DNA from: Collimonas fungivorans
GTDB lineage: Bacteria; Pseudomonadota; Gammaproteobacteria; Burkholderiales; Burkholderiaceae_D
DNA length: 64,000 nucleotides
Direction of reading: 5' to 3'
Assembly: GCF_028292705.1 (NCBI RefSeq)
Contig: NZ_JAQGLV010000193.1
Span: forward strand, 10,147-74,146
Shown here: one piece after another, positions 62,301-64,000 of the stretch
How the letters are laid out: each line of letters opens with the position of its first letter
Numbering within the stretch: the stretch's first letter is position 1
The notes under the pieces: model-generated
What the model saw: only the letters and a program-made list of their open reading frames with translations
The model's database searches: none
Told to the model about the DNA's origin: nothing
Program-made: the position numbers and the translations under genes

Positions 62301-63437
62301 CAGTTCGCCGACTTCGCCGCGCGGCAGCAGGAACAGGCCGTTTTCCGGCGCTGGCTCAGTCACCACCTCAGTTAGCACCTTAATCACCAGCAAGCCATAA
62401 TTGGGCAAGGGCCGGCCTATGGTGACGGTTTCATTGGCGTGCAGTTCGGCCAGGCTGGCCGATACCGTGGCTTCGGTCGGGCCGTAGGTGTTGAAGATAT
62501 GGCGGCCGGATTCCGGTTTCGCCCAGCGGCTGACCAGCGCTTCCGGGCACATTTCGCCGCCCAGGTTGATGATGCGCAGGCTTGGCACGTCCTGGTTGAA
62601 CAGGGCCAGCAGCGTCGGCACCGCGTGCAATACGGTGACGCCCTGTGCGGCCAGCGCCGGCGGCAAGGCTTCCGGGTCGGAAGCCAGTTCCTTGGGCGCG
62701 ATCCAGAGCGTGGCGCCGGCCAGGTAGCTGATCCAGATTTCTTCGAACGACATGTCGAAGGCTACCGAAAAGCCCTGGTAGACGCGATCGCTGGCAGTGA
62801 TTCCCAACACCGCGTTTTCACTGCGCAGGAAATGGCAGATGGCGCCCTGGGTGATGGCGATGCCTTTCGGCTTGCCGGTCGAGCCGGAAGTGTAGATGAC
62901 ATAAGCCGGATCGCTGCGTTGCACGTTCTGGCGGCGCAGCAACGGTGTCTCGGAGGGCGCCAGCAGCTGCTCGGCGGTCCAGACCTGGCATCGGCCCGAG
63001 TCCAGGCGCGGCGCGAATTGCTGGCAGCTGACGATGCCCGGCGCCTGCGCGTCTTCCAGGCAGACGGCGATGCGGTCCGGCGGCGTATCGGCATCCAGCG
63101 GCAGCCAGGCGGCGCCGCTCTTGGCGATGCCGGCCTGCATGATCAGCAGGTCAATGCCGCGCGGCAGCCACAAGCCGACGATCTGGCCCGGCCCGACGCC
63201 GGCAGCGATCAGGCGTGAAGCGACCAGGTCGGCATGATGGTTGAATTCTTGATAACTCAGCCGGCGCTCGCCGAACACCATGGCGATCTGGGCTGGCATG
63301 CGCTCGGCGGTCGCCTCAAGCAGGTCGGCCAGTACTTCATCGCGTATCAGCTCAGGCCTGACCGGCCCCTGCAGAACGTCCGGGTGACTGGAAAAATCGC
63401 TGGCAGCCGCGTTATCGACGAGCAAAGACTGAGTCAT
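59364..63437 (-). CDS. Pls/PosA-family membrane-bound single-module NRPS (homopoly(amino acid) synthetase-like)
   Basis: A domain (YTSGSTGKPKG, AFDMS, YGPTE, GELCITGPGVAEGY, YRTGD, KIRGFRVELGEIE, PRLTSGKIDRK); T domain (DFFNDLGGHSL); three TM + hexapeptide-like repeat units (LGARIG, LGAKVG, LGCHIG; QTHLFEDR). No C or TE domain. Confidence 0.92.
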   Translation of the reverse strand: MTQSLLVDNAAASDFSSHPDVLQGPVRPELIRDEVLADLLEATAERMPAQIAMVFGERRLSYQEFNHHADLVASRLIAAGVGPGQIVGLWLPRGIDLLIMQAGIAKSGAAWLPLDADTPPDRIAVCLEDAQAPGIVSCQQFAPRLDSGRCQVWTAEQLLAPSETPLLRRQNVQRSDPAYVIYTSGSTGKPKGIAITQGAICHFLRSENAVLGITASDRVYQGFSVAFDMSFEEIWISYLAGATLWIAPKELASDPEALPPALAAQGVTVLHAVPTLLALFNQDVPSLRIINLGGEMCPEALVSRWAKPESGRHIFNTYGPTEATVSASLAELHANETVTIGRPLPNYGLLVIKVLTEVVTEPAPENGLFLLPRGEVGELCITGPGVAEGYLGRPELTAEKFLANPWASGEHDRRLYRTGDLARIEADGRVQCLGRTDDQVKIRGFRVELGEIEEVLARQPGVGTVAVVLRQEDGIDQLIAFIVAESGAEIVPAVLRSALAERLPPYMVPGFFEVMQEMPRLTSGKIDRKALKARPLAAINSGAGSGDSDLPETSAEVALFAALNKLFPGQPIQRSADFFNDLGGHSLFAAKLASALRANPDFAHVTVRDIYMNRTIGRIAQVLAVAPAAGIAVDTGWSAPSDLKRWLCGAAQAAAVPWLVAMRMMQWLAPFFTYHFFTGDPGDSIALAIVVSVGVFLLATLFEFAIAIAAKWLIAGRLKAGRYPLWGLTYYRWWLADRLIEAAPAYLLSGSTLYSWWLRALGARIGSEVVIGSMTLRAHDLLTIEDGVSIGNAVNLENARVEHGELWLGPITLRRESCIGSYVVMEGNTDVGAFGHVEGQSAISEGQTVPAGRIWTGSPARDAGAFDPASKPPRPPVTRRRQLGESVFFLFGAFLITTLFFMPVFPSFILIDWLDDTDRFPWLQSNGNVPFQLTKYFVMAFPATAVLIVCTALLSAGIRWSLLPRMRAGSWPVRSNIYCSKWLVNQIQESSLSVLHGVYATVYAPYWYRLLGAKVGRHAEISTALGVVPDMLTLGDDTFIADAVLLGDEQIEGGWMTMKPTVISRRSFVGNGAYVPDGSILPENVLIGVHSRAPDNGRMQPGDTWLGSPPINLPAREQTSGFPEHLTFRPSRRRRLGRSLVEGFRIVSPHAIVIAVGYTVVLNLMPLAGAGQWGEVISLLTSAGLLYGIGTFIFIAALKWLLIGRYKKCSVPMWTRFVWLSEGVTNLYEGIAIPNFMSYLRGTPWLPLALNLLGCHIGRGVYMNTTDITEFDCVTIGDYSELNAQACPQTHLFEDRVMKIDHVNIGSRVYMGPRSFVLYSATVNDNAKLGALTLVMKGESIPAGTNWRGCPAAPAKN
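62355..62390 (-). repeat. 3x degenerate 12-bp repeat inside the NRPS A domain
   Basis: + strand CTCAGTCACCAC / CTCAGTTAGCAC / CTTAATCACCAG (protein LVIK VLTE VVTE). Confidence 0.7.
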
Positions 63438-63764
63438 GGATGAGGCAAATAAAAGAGACGGGTGAACGATCGCAAGCGGGCGATGGTAGCACGCTGATAT
63501 AGGTAACGTTCAGACAATTTCGCACTGGGTTGGCACTGTGGTTTTCCGGCCTGCGATGGGTCTCGCCTGCACTTGTCCCAAGGTGTTTACGCGGGTGTAA
63601 ACAAGGCATTTTCCTCTCCCTTGCTAACGAACTTGCTAATGGGAAACTATTGGTCGTATGATGGGGTATTCAGGGTCCGGTTTCAAGTAGTGTCGTTTTT
63701 CGCAATTTTCTGCAATTCCGCTAAAGCTTTCTGACTGTGCAGTTTTTATCAGTGAGGTTTTGTG

Positions 63765-64000
63765 ATGCAGCGATTGAAGAAACTTTTCACCATGGACGGC
63801 GGCATGCGCTGGGTCAAGGTGATTTTGCCTTTCCTGGCGATCGTGGCCTTGATGGTGGGGCTGCTGGCGTTCAGCATGAATATCTTGTCTTCAGTGCGCG
63901 CTTTTGTCGGCGGCGAAAGCCTGTGGTCGAAAGCGCAGAAGGAGGCGGTATTCCACCTGAACCAGTATGCGGTGACGCACGCCGACCCCGACTACCGGAA
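63765..64000 (+). CDS. 3'-truncated membrane sensor protein, probably the N-terminus of a GGDEF/EAL protein or His kinase
   Basis: GAGG SD; MQRLKK... TM segment, then LSSVRAFVGGESLWSKAQKEA, a motif recalled from proteobacterial diguanylate cyclase/PDE and kinase N-termini; frame open to the window end. Confidence 0.6.
   Translation, partial: MQRLKKLFTMDGGMRWVKVILPFLAIVALMVGLLAFSMNILSSVRAFVGGESLWSKAQKEAVFHLNQYAVTHADPDYR

Noticed and set aside
58625-64000. Prophage or genomic island integrated at tRNA-Leu
   Set aside because: No integrase, att duplication or obvious GC shift within the window; kept only as a low-interest lead.

Overview
GC-rich betaproteobacterial chromosome segment. Gene order and protein style suggest Burkholderiales/Oxalobacteraceae (Collimonas-like); this is an inference. 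From left to right: (1) the 3' part of an aryl polyene (ape)-type type II PKS cluster (<1-14218) that includes an MIO ammonia-lyase and a flavin-halogenase-like enzyme; (2) a phasin-like gene; (3) a core block surE-pcm-nlpD-rpoS-rlmD, yccA, ndk-rlmN-pilW-rodZ-ispG-hisS-yfgM-bamB-der-hfq-hflXKC-hisZ-purA-PRTase; (4) a LacI-controlled sugar ABC/oxidoreductase operon of unknown substrate, an MFS transporter and a myo-inositol (iol) catabolic region; (5) tRNA-Leu(CAG); (6) a Pls/PosA-family membrane-bound single-module NRPS followed 12 bp downstream by a GNAT acetyltransferase, divergent from a truncated probable sensor gene. No CRISPR, IS, integrase or rRNA was seen. The best leads are the Pls-like synthetase + GNAT pair, whose hand-read A-domain code DMEHNGTVSK resembles diaminobutyrate codes; recurrent degenerate 12-bp tandem microrepeats at gene boundaries and in protein loops; a His-rich tail on HisRS; and hand-identified LacI, IolR and PhaR-like operators. 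All assignments come from motifs and synteny read by eye; no database search was run.
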